Positions 44,854 through 58,106 of a stretch of 64,000 nucleotides of DNA are shown in pieces. Each line of letters begins with the position of its first letter. Within the stretch, counting starts at the first letter, position 1. Position numbers and translations under genes: made by a program. Where the stretch lies: NCBI RefSeq assembly GCF_009914755.1, contig NC_060937.1; one strand, given 5' to 3'. Source of the stretch: the human T2T-CHM13v2.0 reference genome, Homo sapiens. The notes under the pieces were generated by a model. It saw only the letters and a program-made list of their open reading frames with translations, was not told where the DNA came from and did no database searches.

Positions 44854-45999
44854 ATTGTGACTGAATCTGTTGGGAAATAAGAGCACAAATGTTAAGAGTA
44901 GAAATGTTCTTGTATTGGTTCAGAGAACTTAGAAAGCCCATCTTTTTAGAAAAGGATAATATGAGAAGTATATCTCAATATGTTTTCAGAAATTTGTATT
45001 CATAGGTGAGTCATAAGAAAAACGAATTCTTTTATTGTCAGTAAAAGAAATTTCAAATGAAGGAGCTAAACCTTACCTCAGTACTCATTTTGCTAAACAG
45101 TACTGTACTATTTACATACGGTCTATTTATATATATAGTACTGTGATGAAGAAACCAGAGGAAGCTGGTGGATAATAAAAATAATTCTTTATATTATCTT
45201 TTATGCAAACTTTGAGAATGTTTCCGAAATTGGTAAATGGATTGCAAGAAGGGGAGGGAAGAATAAAAAGAAACAGATTCTTTGAAAGAAATAATTTCAA
45301 CAAGATCTTGAGAGAGAAGATGAAAAAGAAAGAAAAGAAAGAACATGCTCTTATTGAATAAAAGACCAATTACAGAAAAGATGAAAATGTTTTTCAATCC
45401 AGAATGGATTCTTGAAGTCAATAACATTTGAGATTATTTTACAAACTATATTTATTTCTTTTCCAACTTCTTATTTCTGTATTTTCTCCTTTCCCATACT
45501 TCCAAAGTCTCAAAATTTTTCTCATGATGGTTTCTCTATCTTGCAGCACATAGGAAAAAAACAAAAGCTGACTTGAAGGACAAATAGTGTTCATGCTATT
45601 TAAAATTAGATGAAGCCTTATTAATTTCCTCAATTCCATCATGTCTTGAGAAGATACATAATCTCATTAAATCAAGAATTCATTGTTTACATTATAATCT
45701 AATATTATTTGTTGTACTTAATAGTGCATGCCTTATATATTTGATCTATATTAAATCCAAATATATTGTTTAAAGATCCACTTTACGTATCATTTTGAAT
45801 AAAAAATACAAGAAAAGTGAGTATAAATACATATATGTGTGTGTATTTATTCCAGAAGGAATGTGAGTATAAAGAGTATATAAATAAATCCATACATATA
45901 TACCTGCATATTCCAAAATATACTATTTTCCCTTACTTACTCAGGCAAAATTTTACATGCCAATAGAATCTAAATTATAAGCACACAATGTAATTGATA

Positions 46000-46452
46000 T
46001 GTTACTGAAATACCAGGAGTTTGATCTAGGTCCCGTTGCTCACCACAAAGAAAGTCAGTCACTGAGACAATGAGTATTACCAAGGAAAAAGGCTCTATTT
46101 GGATGCTGCAGCTGAGGAGATGGGAGGTAAATCTTAAATCTTTCTCCCCAACTGATTAAAACTGGGGCCTTTTCTAGTGCGGAATGTAGCTACCTGAGGG
46201 AAAACAGGAATTGGAGAGGAGTAAGGAAGAAGAGTTTGTCAACAGGAAGCAAGCAGTCAGTTAGGAAAACAGGAATTAGGGAGGGTAAGGAAAAGTAATT
46301 TCAGTTACTGGATACTATCTAGGAGGCTTGAGGGTCCGTTTCCTGAGAAAGGAACTCAGATAAGACAAATGTAAGTTTCAAGCTTTAAGACCAGGAGGGT
46401 CGATTTCTGTTTGTCCAAAAAAACCATCTATGGTATAATTGGTCTGGTTTCA
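46000..46452 (-). mobile_element. Solo LTR, LTR47-like
   Basis: tgttactgaaa...ggtttca termini; TSD gata; homologous in reverse to 48336-48823. The family name is tentative. Confidence 0.75.
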
Positions 46453-48335
46453 GATACAGATCAGAGAGTAGACAAAAATACGTTATTATGCATTATGTTG
46501 CATTTAGAGATAGTGCCTATGTTAAGGTTTGAAAGTGGATTTGGTCTGTTTTTGCTCAGTGACCATTCAACCAAGAAACATGCTGGCAAGTTTCAAAAAT
46601 AAGAACTAAAATTGAAAAAGTATTGTAAGAACAGAACAGAGTGGTGCTTAAAAAATGTGAATTTAAATCTCAGATAATTTTACTGTGGATATTTGTGGAA
46701 TATTGGAATATTAGCATCTATTTGTCAAGTATGTACTTCAGAGCAGGGCCTTTGATTTAATGATTTAATGACTTGTGATTTAATTGATTTTTATGTGGCA
46801 CACTGCCTTTATAAAAAGGGAGACTCAAGTTGGGGCTCAAGCGTTTTTCTTTCTTGGATGAAGTTATTTCAACATTTCACTTTTTGAATGGGAAAATTGA
46901 TTGATCTAAAGGTACCCTAGGTAATATCGGGAACTATCTTGAAGACAAGCATCACTTTTATAATGTAAGAAAACTCTGTTCTGTTTTTGTGTTGTAACTG
47001 ATACACTTTTATGCATTTAATTTCCATCTTGAAGGCCACCCAGGGCCCATGCTTACACCTGAGTATTTTAAAACTGCTATCATGGATTCTGCTGAAGATA
47101 ATGCTTCTAAGGCTAGTTAAGTTAGAAATAAATCATACACCTTTGTAGTAAAGGTGAAATATGCCAGTAATTCTGTCGGTAGTCATTTTTGTAATTACCT
47201 CCAAAGGGAATTATGCAAACCACAAAAGGAAATAAATATGTGCAAACTCAATAATCAGATGTATTGTAGTCACAGGCTGTAGTGTGGATTAATCATAGCT
47301 ATATATTGTTGCATTCCATGAATTATTCTGAACAAATTTCACAATGAGTCAATATTGAGATAGCCCTAGCACATTAAAATGTATGATTCTGAAATAATAT
47401 AGTGGGTGGAATTTTATTTTTATTAGTTAAAGTTTCCTAGGAAAGTGTGAGAGACAAGAAGAAAAAAATTGGGGAAAAGGAGATGGAAGAAATTAGAAGA
47501 AGCCACATACTCAAACACAAATATTACTATATATGGACTTACTATTATAGGAGGTTAATTATGAATTTCCTTATCAATTAGGAAGGAAAATTTATGTTTA
47601 TATATATTCAATAATTCAGCATATACAGAAAATTTAATCAAGAACCAAATTCTTTTAAGAGTATATGATTAAAATAGTCATTCTTATCAATGCTCAAATG
47701 TGGAAAGAAAGAAAGGATGTCTCTTATGCTAAACAAATTAACCCCTCTTTTACATAGATAAGACACAGGATTTCCCTGTGAATGATTCTTTTTATTGTTG
47801 TTGTTCTAAGGTAACTCTCAAATGAACAATCTTCTAGGTGTCAAAAATTTTCTAAGTAACCACTGCAATTTGAAATGGTCAAGTCAGTGTTAGGCCATTT
47901 AAAAAGATAAATACAATAATAATAATAATAACAGCAACAATAATAAAAGAACCCAGCATTCTTCCAGAGGTAGCACAAGCTTATTAGTGGACGAGCCAAA
48001 GCAATACTACCCAATGGGCTTATTTTGGGTCAGATAGCAGTCCCTTAGCCAGCAAATGTGTGGCCAGGAGATTGATCTCAAAGCAAATTTCACAGATCCA
48101 AAACTGAAGAAATTCCTATTAAATTTTGAAAAACAAAGCAAAGGAAGCAGCTGTGATAGAACTTCTGAACACATTAGGGTTTGGTACTGGCTTAGAATAC
48201 AGGCTCATACAACCCATATATATATATATATATATATATTCTACTCTTTATAAACCTACCCTTATATACAGACAATTGTTCAGATAATAACTAGACAAAC
48301 AGAAAGACTGGGAACAAATTCATGCTTTGTCAAAC

Positions 48336-48823
48336 TGAAACTGTCCCAGTTGTCCCATAGAATTGATGTTTGTGGTTTCTTTTGAATAAACATCGAAGTT
48401 GACCTTCCCAGTCTTAAAACTTGAAAAAGTTACATCTGTCTTACCTGAGTTCCTTTCTCGGAAAACAAACCATCAGGATAGTGTAAAGGAACTGAAACTT
48501 ACCAAATCACCACATGTGGACAATGAATACCAGATCCCTCATTCACATGTCTGTCTAACCAACCACCTACTTCCTATTGACCAGCTCTCTTCCTTACCCC
48601 TCCCTTATTCCTGTTTTCCCACACATGGTTACATTTCTTTCTTGCTATATAAACCTCTGATTTTAGTCAGTTGAGAAGATGGAGTTGAAACTAATTGCCC
48701 ATCTCCTGGGCTACATCACCTGAATAAAGCCTCCATCCCTGGCAATACTCATTGTCTCAGTGATTGGCTTTCTGTGTGGCAAGCTAACAGGACATAGACT
48801 AAAGCCCTAGAATTTCAGTAACA
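48336..48823 (+). mobile_element. Solo LTR, LTR47-like
   Basis: tgaaac...tttcagtaaca termini, tataaa near 48647, aataaa near 48723, TSD aaac / aaat. The family name is tentative. Confidence 0.8.
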
Positions 48824-49298
48824 AAATTGTCATTAAAAAAAATAAGCACAAATTTGACAATATAACCAAAAATTCCTTAAAGATTTTATTCTTATGACAA
48901 ATAAAATAGCACTAATACCGAAGGACTCAAGAAAGTATTCAGAGTTCAGATTCAGTGCAAGAATTGCCTCACCATTTTAAGCAAGGTGGTCTTGAGCAAG
49001 TAGACTCAATGAATCTCATTCTGTAACTGAGTCCTAGTCTGCGTCAGCAAGGATATCAATCAAGTCATAATGAAATTCTCACTAATAAACACCAACATGC
49101 CAGATCTACCAGGAGCGTACTTGTATTCAAACAGAATAGCTTAATGTAGCAAAGAAGAATGCACACTAGAGCAACCATGGTATATTTCAGAAAGGCTGAG
49201 TGGGGAGGTATTCTCACAGAGTTTGGACTTGTGGCGAGTGATTCCAATCAAGGATCAGAGAAGCAAAGTCCATTTTATTTTTGTACCCAAAAATATTT

Positions 49299-49350
49299 TT
49301 TGCAGTTTTTTAATTGCAAAAATTGCAATTACTTTTGCTCCAACCTAATA
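49299..49350. mobile_element. MADE1 (Hsmar1-derived MITE), partial
   Basis: gcaaaaattgcaattacttttgctccaacctaa followed by TA matches one MADE1 TIR; the outer part of the other arm is missing. Confidence 0.8.
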
Positions 49351-50449
49351 CACTTGATGTTGTTCCAAAAGAAGGGCAGTTTAGGAGTTTAGTATTTCAG
49401 TAATCTTAGTTCAAGATATAGAAGGGAAGAAGTAAGGCTGGGGATACTACCTGCAGGACATCAACACTGTTCTCAAAAATGGTTTCTTTGTTATTTTCAG
49501 CTTTAGTGTGGGTTTTGCCATGTTCTATTCGAGACATTATTTTATGTTGCTCTGCTTATTTCTCTTTGAAAAATGCTGTTAATGCTCTTTAGGAACATCT
49601 CATTCTGATTTTCAGGAGGACGGGATTTTAAACTCAGGCCAGACCACTTCTGCAGCAAAGGTGGCAATGACTGTGAATTTGAGAAATACAAACCTGACCT
49701 GATGGCTCTCTTTCCCTCTAAGCTTTAGAATGGGTTTGTTGGGGTATTAAATGCATTTTTTATTTACAATATATTTTATCTATAATGGCTTTATTGTATA
49801 TAATCTCATGTTAACTCAAGGATTATCTGTATATTGAGAAGTTTGATTCTCCTAAATGATAAAGATTAAAGTTATTTATTTGCCACCTATGAGATTTGTA
49901 TGAATTATGGTAATTCAAAAATGTAGAACTGACTATTCCACTTACCAAATTCCACAGGGGGTTCCTGATCTTCTTCCCAACTTGTAAAGCTTTTTCTACT
50001 ACTCTTCAAGCCAAGCATTAAAACCACCATGAGGTAAAAACAGACCCAGTTTATTTTCTATAATATAGTGAATTAAAAAAATCATTAAAAGCATTTTAGC
50101 AACCACATCTCTATCCTGAGTCTGTAAAATTATTTCCTTCAGAAAACTGACATCTCATTCACGTTTCAGTGATGCTTGAATCCTTGCAGGATGTTGGAGG
50201 TATTTTTTTTTCCATGTCTAAAACACTTGAGTTTTAAGCTTCCTCTGACCTGTTTACAAATAACGAAAACTAGGGCCCTGCAGTCTGCTCTCTTTTTTCT
50301 TTATCAACATTTAATGGAAAGGGGGTAGGGAAAGGAGAATGCTTGCTGTTAGCTATTATCTTTACAAATGACTTGTTAGCCTTTTATTTGTCTGCTCATG
50401 CTTCAAACACTCAAAGGACATTTTCAGAATCTCAGTAGATGAAGGTTCA

Positions 50450-50915
50450 ATCTTTAAATGACGTGACAGGCTGTATCTTCCTTAAGAGATTTTGACACGA
50501 TATTAAGCCATAGTTACAAGCCAATACTTGAATGGGAAGCCCTGGGGAAATCTTTTAGAGCTGGAACACGGCGTTTACAGCAGGAGGCAGGTGTCTGCAC
50601 CAGTGAAGCAAATAACGATATGATATATTTAGTATCGAAAATGGAAGCGAAACTACTGATTCTTTACACTGGGGACAACGGAAGAAGTTGAATGAGGGAA
50701 AAAAATCATCTTTTGGGGCCCTAGGAAATGTTAATTTACTGACAGTATGAAATATACTCTCATCACGACAGGTGCACTCAGAACCAGGTGCTGCTCTCAA
50801 TATCGTCTTTGAATTTATGTGTTTCTTTTCAGTGATAGGATGTGAAGCAGCTGTACTGGCCATGTGGAGAGAAAGCAAAGAGCTTTTAATTAGCAATTAG
50901 GGGGCTGTTAATTTC
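50450..50915. promoter_or_regulatory. Candidate enhancer (unique sequence, CpG-retaining, clustered E-boxes)
   Basis: About 10 CpGs in 350 bp, CAGGTG three times, CAGCTG, CATGTG, TGACGT and TAATTA. Function is inferred only. Confidence 0.3.
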
Positions 50916-52369
50916 TTTGGGGATCTCTCTCTATCTTCTCTTTGTATTTTTACTATATTCTTAGGAGTTTCTTTATGTCTCCTAAAATACAAAGAAAATC
51001 AAGGAAACAACATGGTAGATTCAGAGCATGGGTTGTGTAAAGTTGAGGAGTAAATTTAGAAGCCTAAGTAAAATTTTTATGGAAATCAATTTCACATCCA
51101 AGTTATTTACTACCTTGAATATTCTTTTACTGATAATATTGCATCATTAAATTAAGAAATAAAATGTATTCATTGACATTGGGACATTTTTTCTCATGAT
51201 GTAATTTTAGCATATATTTCTTTCTGTTTTTCATGTAAATGATCTACACGCATCAGTTCTTAATTAGTAGTCATTAATCATTATACCTAAGTGGTAGTAA
51301 TATATATTATAAATATATTTATGTCACTATAGTACAGCTATGTACATATAAATACGTGTGTAATCTAATAATACCTTTATTTTATAGATACAGGGAAATA
51401 AAATTAAAACTGCCATCTGGAAATTAGGCAGATTTTTCATTTTCCTCTAACCACTAATAATAAATTTATCTTCCAATTTCCATTTCTAGAATTCTATGAT
51501 TGTTAAGAACTTGTAAAATATATTCTAATATAGTTAATGCTTTATATTTTTATATTTAAAGCATACAACTCCTCTTTATTTTGATGTCTTTCCCAGATCA
51601 GCTTTCTCTTTCTTGCAATACTTAGCCAATCCAAACTTATACTACAAAATAGCAATCAACAAAAACAATCTATGTCTCACTGGTAAATAAACTGTTTTAA
51701 ATGAGTGTAATAGTGTGGTCATGTTTCAACAATGTTTAAAATTTTCTTTTACTTTTCTTTCAAAGCCTAGCTTGTTAATACTATAGTTACATTACGTTGA
51801 AAAGAACAAGTCATGTTAAGCTCTGTTGTATTGGGAAACCCAGCTTGAGCTGAATCTTAAAATTGTATACCTTCAAAATAGGCAGACAAGAAGTGACAAA
51901 TTGCTATTAGAGAAAGAACCAGCCCAGGCAAACTTAAAAACAGGAATACGGAAGGTATATCATGGGGTAGTCAGAAGTCTGGCCTTGCTTAAAAGTATAT
52001 ATAAAAGTTAGAAACTACTTTGAAGTGCATTTTAGCTAACACGACTTGACACTAATGAAAGATCTGGAAAATTTATCTGAGCTTGCACTTGATATGGTAA
52101 AAACTAAATAAAATTAAAATGATGAGCTATAAAATTCTTAAAGGAACCATAAAATGCCTAGTAAAATATAGCAAAGGCTTTAAAGACTTAACAAACAAGT
52201 TTTAAGTCTTGGTAAACCCCCTACAGTTATGTTTTATGATTTGAAAATGAGGACACTCATACCTTTCACCACATATATAATGAGCTATATCTGATAAATA
52301 TTCAGAAAACAGTATTTTCTCCCACTACTACAATCAACACAGTGTTGTAACAATATCAGTAATCTTTAA

Positions 52370-52564
<195 letters not shown>

Positions 52565-52670
52565 TAATTTTGTATTTTTAGTAGAGACGGGGTTTCTCCA
52601 TGTTGATCAAGTTGGTCTCAAAACTCCTGATCTCAGGTGTTCTGCCTGCCTCGGTCTCCCAATGTGCTGG

Positions 52671-53536
52671 TGTGTCCAGAATTGGTGGGTTCTTGGTTTC
52701 ACTGACTTCAAGAATGAAGCCACGCACCTTTGCAGTTAGGATTACAGTTCTTAAAGATGGTGTGTCCAGAATTTGTTCTTTCAGATGTTCAAATGGGTCT
52801 GGAGTTTCTTCCTTAAGGTGGGTTCCTGGTCTCACTGGCTTCAGCAGTGAAACTGCAGACCTTTGTAATAAGTGTTATAGCTCATAAATGCAGCGCAGAC
52901 CCAAACAGTGAGCAGTCTTAAAATTCACTGTGATGAGCAAAATAAAAAACACTGAACAGCCCCGAGGCAGACCTGAATTGGTTGCGGCTCCTGGCTCGGG
53001 TGGCCTGCTTTAATTCCCTTATCTGGCCCCACCCACATCCTGCTGATTGGTCCATTTTACAGAGAGCTGATTGGTCCATTTTGGAGAGAGCAGATTGGTC
53101 CGTTTTGACAGAGAGCTGATTGGTGCATTTACAAACATTTAGCTAGACACAGACTGCTGATTGGTGCGTTTACAATCCTTTAACTAGACACAAAAGTTCT
53201 GCAAGTCCCCACCCCACCCCTCCCAGAAGTCCAGCCAGCTTCACCTCCCATTGGCATTTGCCCCTGGACTTTGCACCTAGCCAGGGCAGTCCCACCGCCA
53301 GGGGCTTGGCAAGTCCGTGCCCACCAGGAACCCTCGCCGGCCCAGGAGCGCCCGTGCCTCCCTGTCCACACCTCACAGCCAGCAGAGGGAGCTGGCTCCG
53401 GCCTCGGCCAGCCCCAGAGAGGGGCCCCACAGCGCTGTGGCGGGCTGAAGAGCTATTTGAGCAGGGCCAGAGCGGACGCTGAGGCCAAGGAGGCGCTGAG
53501 AGGGAGCCAGGGCTGCTAGCACATTGTCACCTCTCA
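52671..53536 (-). mobile_element. LTR12-family (ERV9) solo LTR
   Basis: tgtgtccagaattggtgggttcttgg...tgtcacctctca; tandem ctgattggt repeats; 4-bp TSD ctgg. Confidence 0.95.
53040..53170 (-). promoter_or_regulatory. CCAAT-box (NF-Y) array in LTR12 U3
   Basis: Five gattgg (CCAATC on the minus strand) motifs in tandem subrepeats. Confidence 0.7.
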
Positions 53537-53621
53537 CTGGGATTACAGTGGTAAGCCACCGTGCCCAGCCCATCTCAAGCAAATCTTAAAGGTTCTTATT
53601 AACATATAGCTATCAGAATAG

Positions 53622-53961
53622 ATTCTTTCTTTCTTTTCTTTCTTTTTCCTTTCTTTTTCCCTTCCCTTCCCCTCCCCTCCCCTCCTCTCCTCTTCCCTTC
53701 CGTTCCCTTCCCTTTCCTTTCCTGTGTCTCGCTCTGTCCCCCAGGCTGGAATAAGTTGGTGTGATCTTAGCTCACTGCAACCTCCACTTCCCGGGTTCAA
53801 GTGATTCTCTTGCCTCAGCTTCCGGAGTACCTGGGATTACAGACATCTGCCACCACACCTCGCTGATTTTTGTATTTGCAGTAGAGATGAGGTTTCACCA
53901 TGTTGGCCAGGCTGGTCTCAAACTCCTGGCCCCAAGTGACCCACCTGCCTTGGCCTCCCAA
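53622..53961 (-). mobile_element. 5'-truncated Alu with an expanded polypyrimidine tail
   Basis: About 100-bp C/T tract followed by an Alu body; TSD agaataga. Confidence 0.92.
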
Positions 53962-55159
53962 GTTAGAATAGACTTATTTAAGAACAGACTACATCAAAAC
54001 TTAAAACTCATGTTCACTTTGAGTTTCCTTTCATTCTCTCAGTAGAGGCCTGACCAGTGGCCTAGAGACTAGTAGTTGCAGAGGTGGATGTGGGGAGTTG
54101 CAGAAATGTGGATTCTTTCAAATTTTGTTCTCTCTCTCCCCCACAGTGGACATTTGTGGTTACTCCAGGTTTAAAGAAGACAGAAGGGGGATAAGTAAAA
54201 GTGCAATTTTCCTTTTACTTGGCTGATGTGATAGGTGATACAGTCTCTTAAACCCTTTGCTCAATTCCTGCTTCTAGGACTTCAATCATAGCTTCTTTTG
54301 GTAGAAATTTCCTCACTCTAGCTGGCTGCCAACTTAGGTAGATTTCTTTTATCACAACTTCAGTTTCCTCATCTTCCTCTGTCCGTCTTTTCCTCAATAA
54401 AATAAAATGTACCCTCGACGTTAGTAAATAGTAAAAACGCAGCTTGGCTAATGGCTCCCCTCTCATAGTGCCTTGTTATCATCGAGTCACCTACTGTCTT
54501 CAGACTTTCCCATTTGAGAAATAAATACCAGATCTTGCCTCCTCACCCAATGAATGTGTATATAGGTATCAACAGTGTTGCACATATATGGGAAGAGTGT
54601 GAGATAAAATGTCCTCTTATATGACAACCCCAATGTCTATGGGAGGCTTCCCAGGAATGCCCACCTTAGGTTGAGGAAAAGAATGGGCAGAAATATCCAG
54701 TCTTTTCCTAATAAAATGCCAGATCTCTTTGCATCTATAATTTCCTTAAAGAATCTCCTCAGAAATCTAATCTACCCTTATTTGAACAGTAGATGTGTGA
54801 TAGAGCTAATAGAGGAATGGCAATGGCAATCTTTTACATTTTTTGACTCACCAAATTTTGTTTAGCACCATTACTTAAAACCTGATCGCAGTAGTGTGCT
54901 TTATCCTCCGTTTTGAAGTTCTAGTAAAATTTTGAAGCAACAAGAAAAGTTCCCAAGTATATTCTGATATACATATAAAACACCTATGAATGTTTTACTC
55001 AATGAACCACCAAAGTCTTTATTCTATATGTAGAATTAAGGGTCTCAAATTGTAATGAGACAGCAACTTATGTTTTTGCTATTCATACCAATAAGGGATG
55101 TAAACAATCAAAATTCACTTTATACTCATATGTTATAATTTCTTTTGTATCATAACGTA

Positions 55160-55598
55160 TGGTGAAGTAAAATAAAATATACAGAGACAAATCTCTGAAG
55201 TTAAACATTTTATTTAAGAAGAAAGAATTGCAACTTGGGACACACACCTGGATCGGGTTGTCTTTGGTGGGTCCAAAGAACAAAGGGAAGGTTAGAGGTT
55301 TTATGCAAAAAAAGAAACATGTATTACTCTTTGAGAAAGTTAATTGGCATAGTAAGGTTGTGGAGAGCTGGTAAGTTTTGATTAATAAAAGAAGACAGTA
55401 AGTAAAACTATTACAGTTACAGCAGATCCATTAGATACAACTGGTTTTAGGTTACAGCAGACAGTTCTAGCAACCAGGCTCACCCAAAATTACATTCTTA
55501 GAGCAATGTTAGGTGCTTAGTACTTCATTGCCTCAAGCATCTTGACTGTGTTTTAGTTGAGTAGGACAAGAATGAACCAACTCATGATCAACTCTCAT
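55160..55598 (-). mobile_element. MER4-group solo LTR (MER93-like)
   Basis: tg...ca termini; agagacaaatctctga...ttttattt...gaattgca pattern typical of reverse MER4-group LTRs. Confidence 0.55.
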
Positions 55599-57051
55599 AA
55601 GTACAGCAGAATACAAATTTATAGTGATATTATTTTTAAAAATTTTAAAGGAAATTAATAAAACTGAAAAACTGAAATAAATGTGTTATTGGATTTTGCA
55701 AATATGTTATTCCAGATTTGGAATTTATTATCTTGCTATGTTGTCTTTTTTTAAAACAGATTTTTTTGGTTTTGTTTTGGGTTAGGAGGAATGCAAAATA
55801 TTATCCCTTTCTATTATTATAGTATTCTATTTATATGTTATAATATTTATGGGGATAGTTTTCTAAAAATGAGGTTAATAACACTGTTTAAATATAACAA
55901 AATTTAAATATTTTTAAATATTTTATTTAAATATAACAATAATTTGCATATATCTCATGAACTTGTTTCTTTTTGGAGCAAAAAGAAATTATAAATGTCA
56001 AATAGTTCAATTGTGTGTTTTTTACAAGGAATTTGAGGTATAGAGAGAAAATATCAATATCTAGGGTCTTATATTTAATAAACAGTAAATGAGATATCAG
56101 AAATAAAACTTACAATTCTGGTACTCCAACAGTTCTGCTAAGCCATGAGGCTCCCAAAGTAAGTGCTTCTCTAGGAAGCCTTATGGTTTCTTTTAATAAA
56201 TTAAATTTTGTGACAGTATGCTGTGTCCCTGTGTGATTATTGGTAGCTATTTAAATAAAAATCATTGGCTAAATTATTAATTCAAAAACTTTTAATAAAC
56301 ACCTGATTTCCTAAAGTAGAACAAGAAGCTTCAACTTTTTTCTAACACAACATCCAATATTTGCCATGAAGTGTTTCCATCTTTTCAATGAATTTTTTAT
56401 TCTAAGTTATCATAGAAAACATAATAGAAGCATGAACAGATCAACTGGTATTTAATTAACTAGAATTCCTAGGTGAATTGTAATGGTGTTTTGCTGTTTG
56501 TCAACATGAATGAATTTAGAAATTCAACATTAACATTTTAACAGACATATTTTATGAAATATAATAGCTAACTTTGAAAAACCTGCAGTTTGAGAACAAA
56601 ACTGAGTTGATTCATTTTACAGCAGGCTCTAACTTTTATGTTTTCAAAGCAGCAGTGATTCATGAGTAATTTGGTCCTGTGGGTAAATATTAATTATATC
56701 AGATAAAACAAAATGTATCATAATTTTATAAACAGCATCCAAGTTTGCCTTTATCATACAAATATATGAAACATTTATTGCAAGAAAAATAGTAAAATAT
56801 ACATTAAAACAGAAAAGCTTAAAAATTTTAAACTATCACCAAGTTTGCATATACATTTATAACTATATATTACACCCACTATTTATAGAAATGTGTATTT
56901 TAGAAAGGTCTTTCATAACAATATCTTATTTGACCACTGCAATAACCAGTATATTTAGGCATGGTGGAAAGCTTTTTTTTCTAATTTTATACACGGAGTA
57001 AATCTCTATTAATAAAATAACTACTCTTTTTTGTCTTGGTAACATTTTATT

Positions 57052-57991
57052 CCTTTTTTTAAATTTTTTTAAATTATACTTTAAGTTCTGGGATACATGA
57101 GCAGAACATGCAGGTTTGTTACACAGGTATATATGTGCCATGGTGGTTTGCTGCACCCATCAACCTGTCATTTACATTAGGTATTTTTCCTAATGCTATC
57201 CCTCTGCTAGCCCTCCCACCCCCCGACAGGCCCCAGTGAGTGATGTTCCCCTCCATGTGTCTGTGTATTCTCATTGTTCAACTCCCACTTATGAGTGAGA
57301 ACATGTGGTGTTTGGTTTTCTGCTCCTGGGTTAGTTTGCTGAGAATGATGGTTTCCAGTTTCATCCATGTCCATGCAAAAGACATGAACTCATCTTTTTA
57401 TGGCTGCATAGTATTCCCTGGTGTATATGTGCCATATTTTCTTTATCCAGTCTATCATTGATGGGCATTTGGGTTGGTTCCAAGTCTTTGCTATTGTGAA
57501 TAGTGCTGCAATAAATACACATGTGCATGTGTCTTTATAGTAGAATGCTTTATAATCCTTTGGGTAAATACCCAGTAATGAGATTGCTGGGTCAACTGGT
57601 ATTTCTGGTTCCAGATCCTTGAGGTCCTTGAGGAATCGCCACACTGTCTTCCACAATGGTTGAACTAATTTACACTCCCACCAACAGCATAAAAGCATTC
57701 CTATTTTTCCACGTCCTCTCCAGCATCTGTTGTTTCCTGACTTTTTAACGGTCACCATTCTAACTGGCGTGAGATGGTATCATTGTGGTTTTGATTTGCA
57801 TTTCTCTAATGACCAGTGATGATGAGCTTTTTTCATATGTTTATTGGCCACATAAATGCCTTCTTTTGAGAAGTGTCTGTTCATATCTTTTGCCCACTTT
57901 TTGATGGGCTTGTTTGTTTTTTTCTTCTACATTTGTTTAAGTTCCTTGTAGATTCTGGATATTAGCTCTCTGTTAGATGGATAGATTGCAA
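57052..57991 (-). mobile_element. L1PA (about PA7) 3' end
   Basis: ttatactttaagttctgggatacatg...; ORF2 C-terminal peptide CWWECKLVQPLWKTVWRFL. Confidence 0.95.
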
Positions 57992-58106
57992 TTTTTTTTT
58001 TTTTTTTGAGATGGAGTCTTGCTCTGTCGCCCAGGCTGGAGTGCAGTGGCACGATCTTGGCTCACCACAATCTCCGTCCCCCAGGTTCAAGAGATTCTCC
58101 TGCCTC
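57992..58106 (-). mobile_element. AluS 3' fragment
   Basis: Poly-T then gagatggagtcttgctc...ctcctgcctc, ending abruptly. Confidence 0.92.

Noticed and set aside
45006-45016. Isolated AP-1 motifs (TGAGTCA) here and elsewhere
   Set aside because: Single 7-mers are expected by chance in 64 kb.
45127-45642. Purine-rich, exon-like stretch and short ORFs
   Set aside because: Plus-strand frames contain stops, and the minus-strand ORFs are low-complexity F/L/S-rich.
49299-49350. MADE1 as a miR-548-like hairpin
   Set aside because: The outer part of one arm is missing, so a full hairpin cannot form.
54248-54466. 72-aa minus-strand ORF with an acidic stretch
   Set aside because: It is short, I recognise no homology, and there is no exon context.
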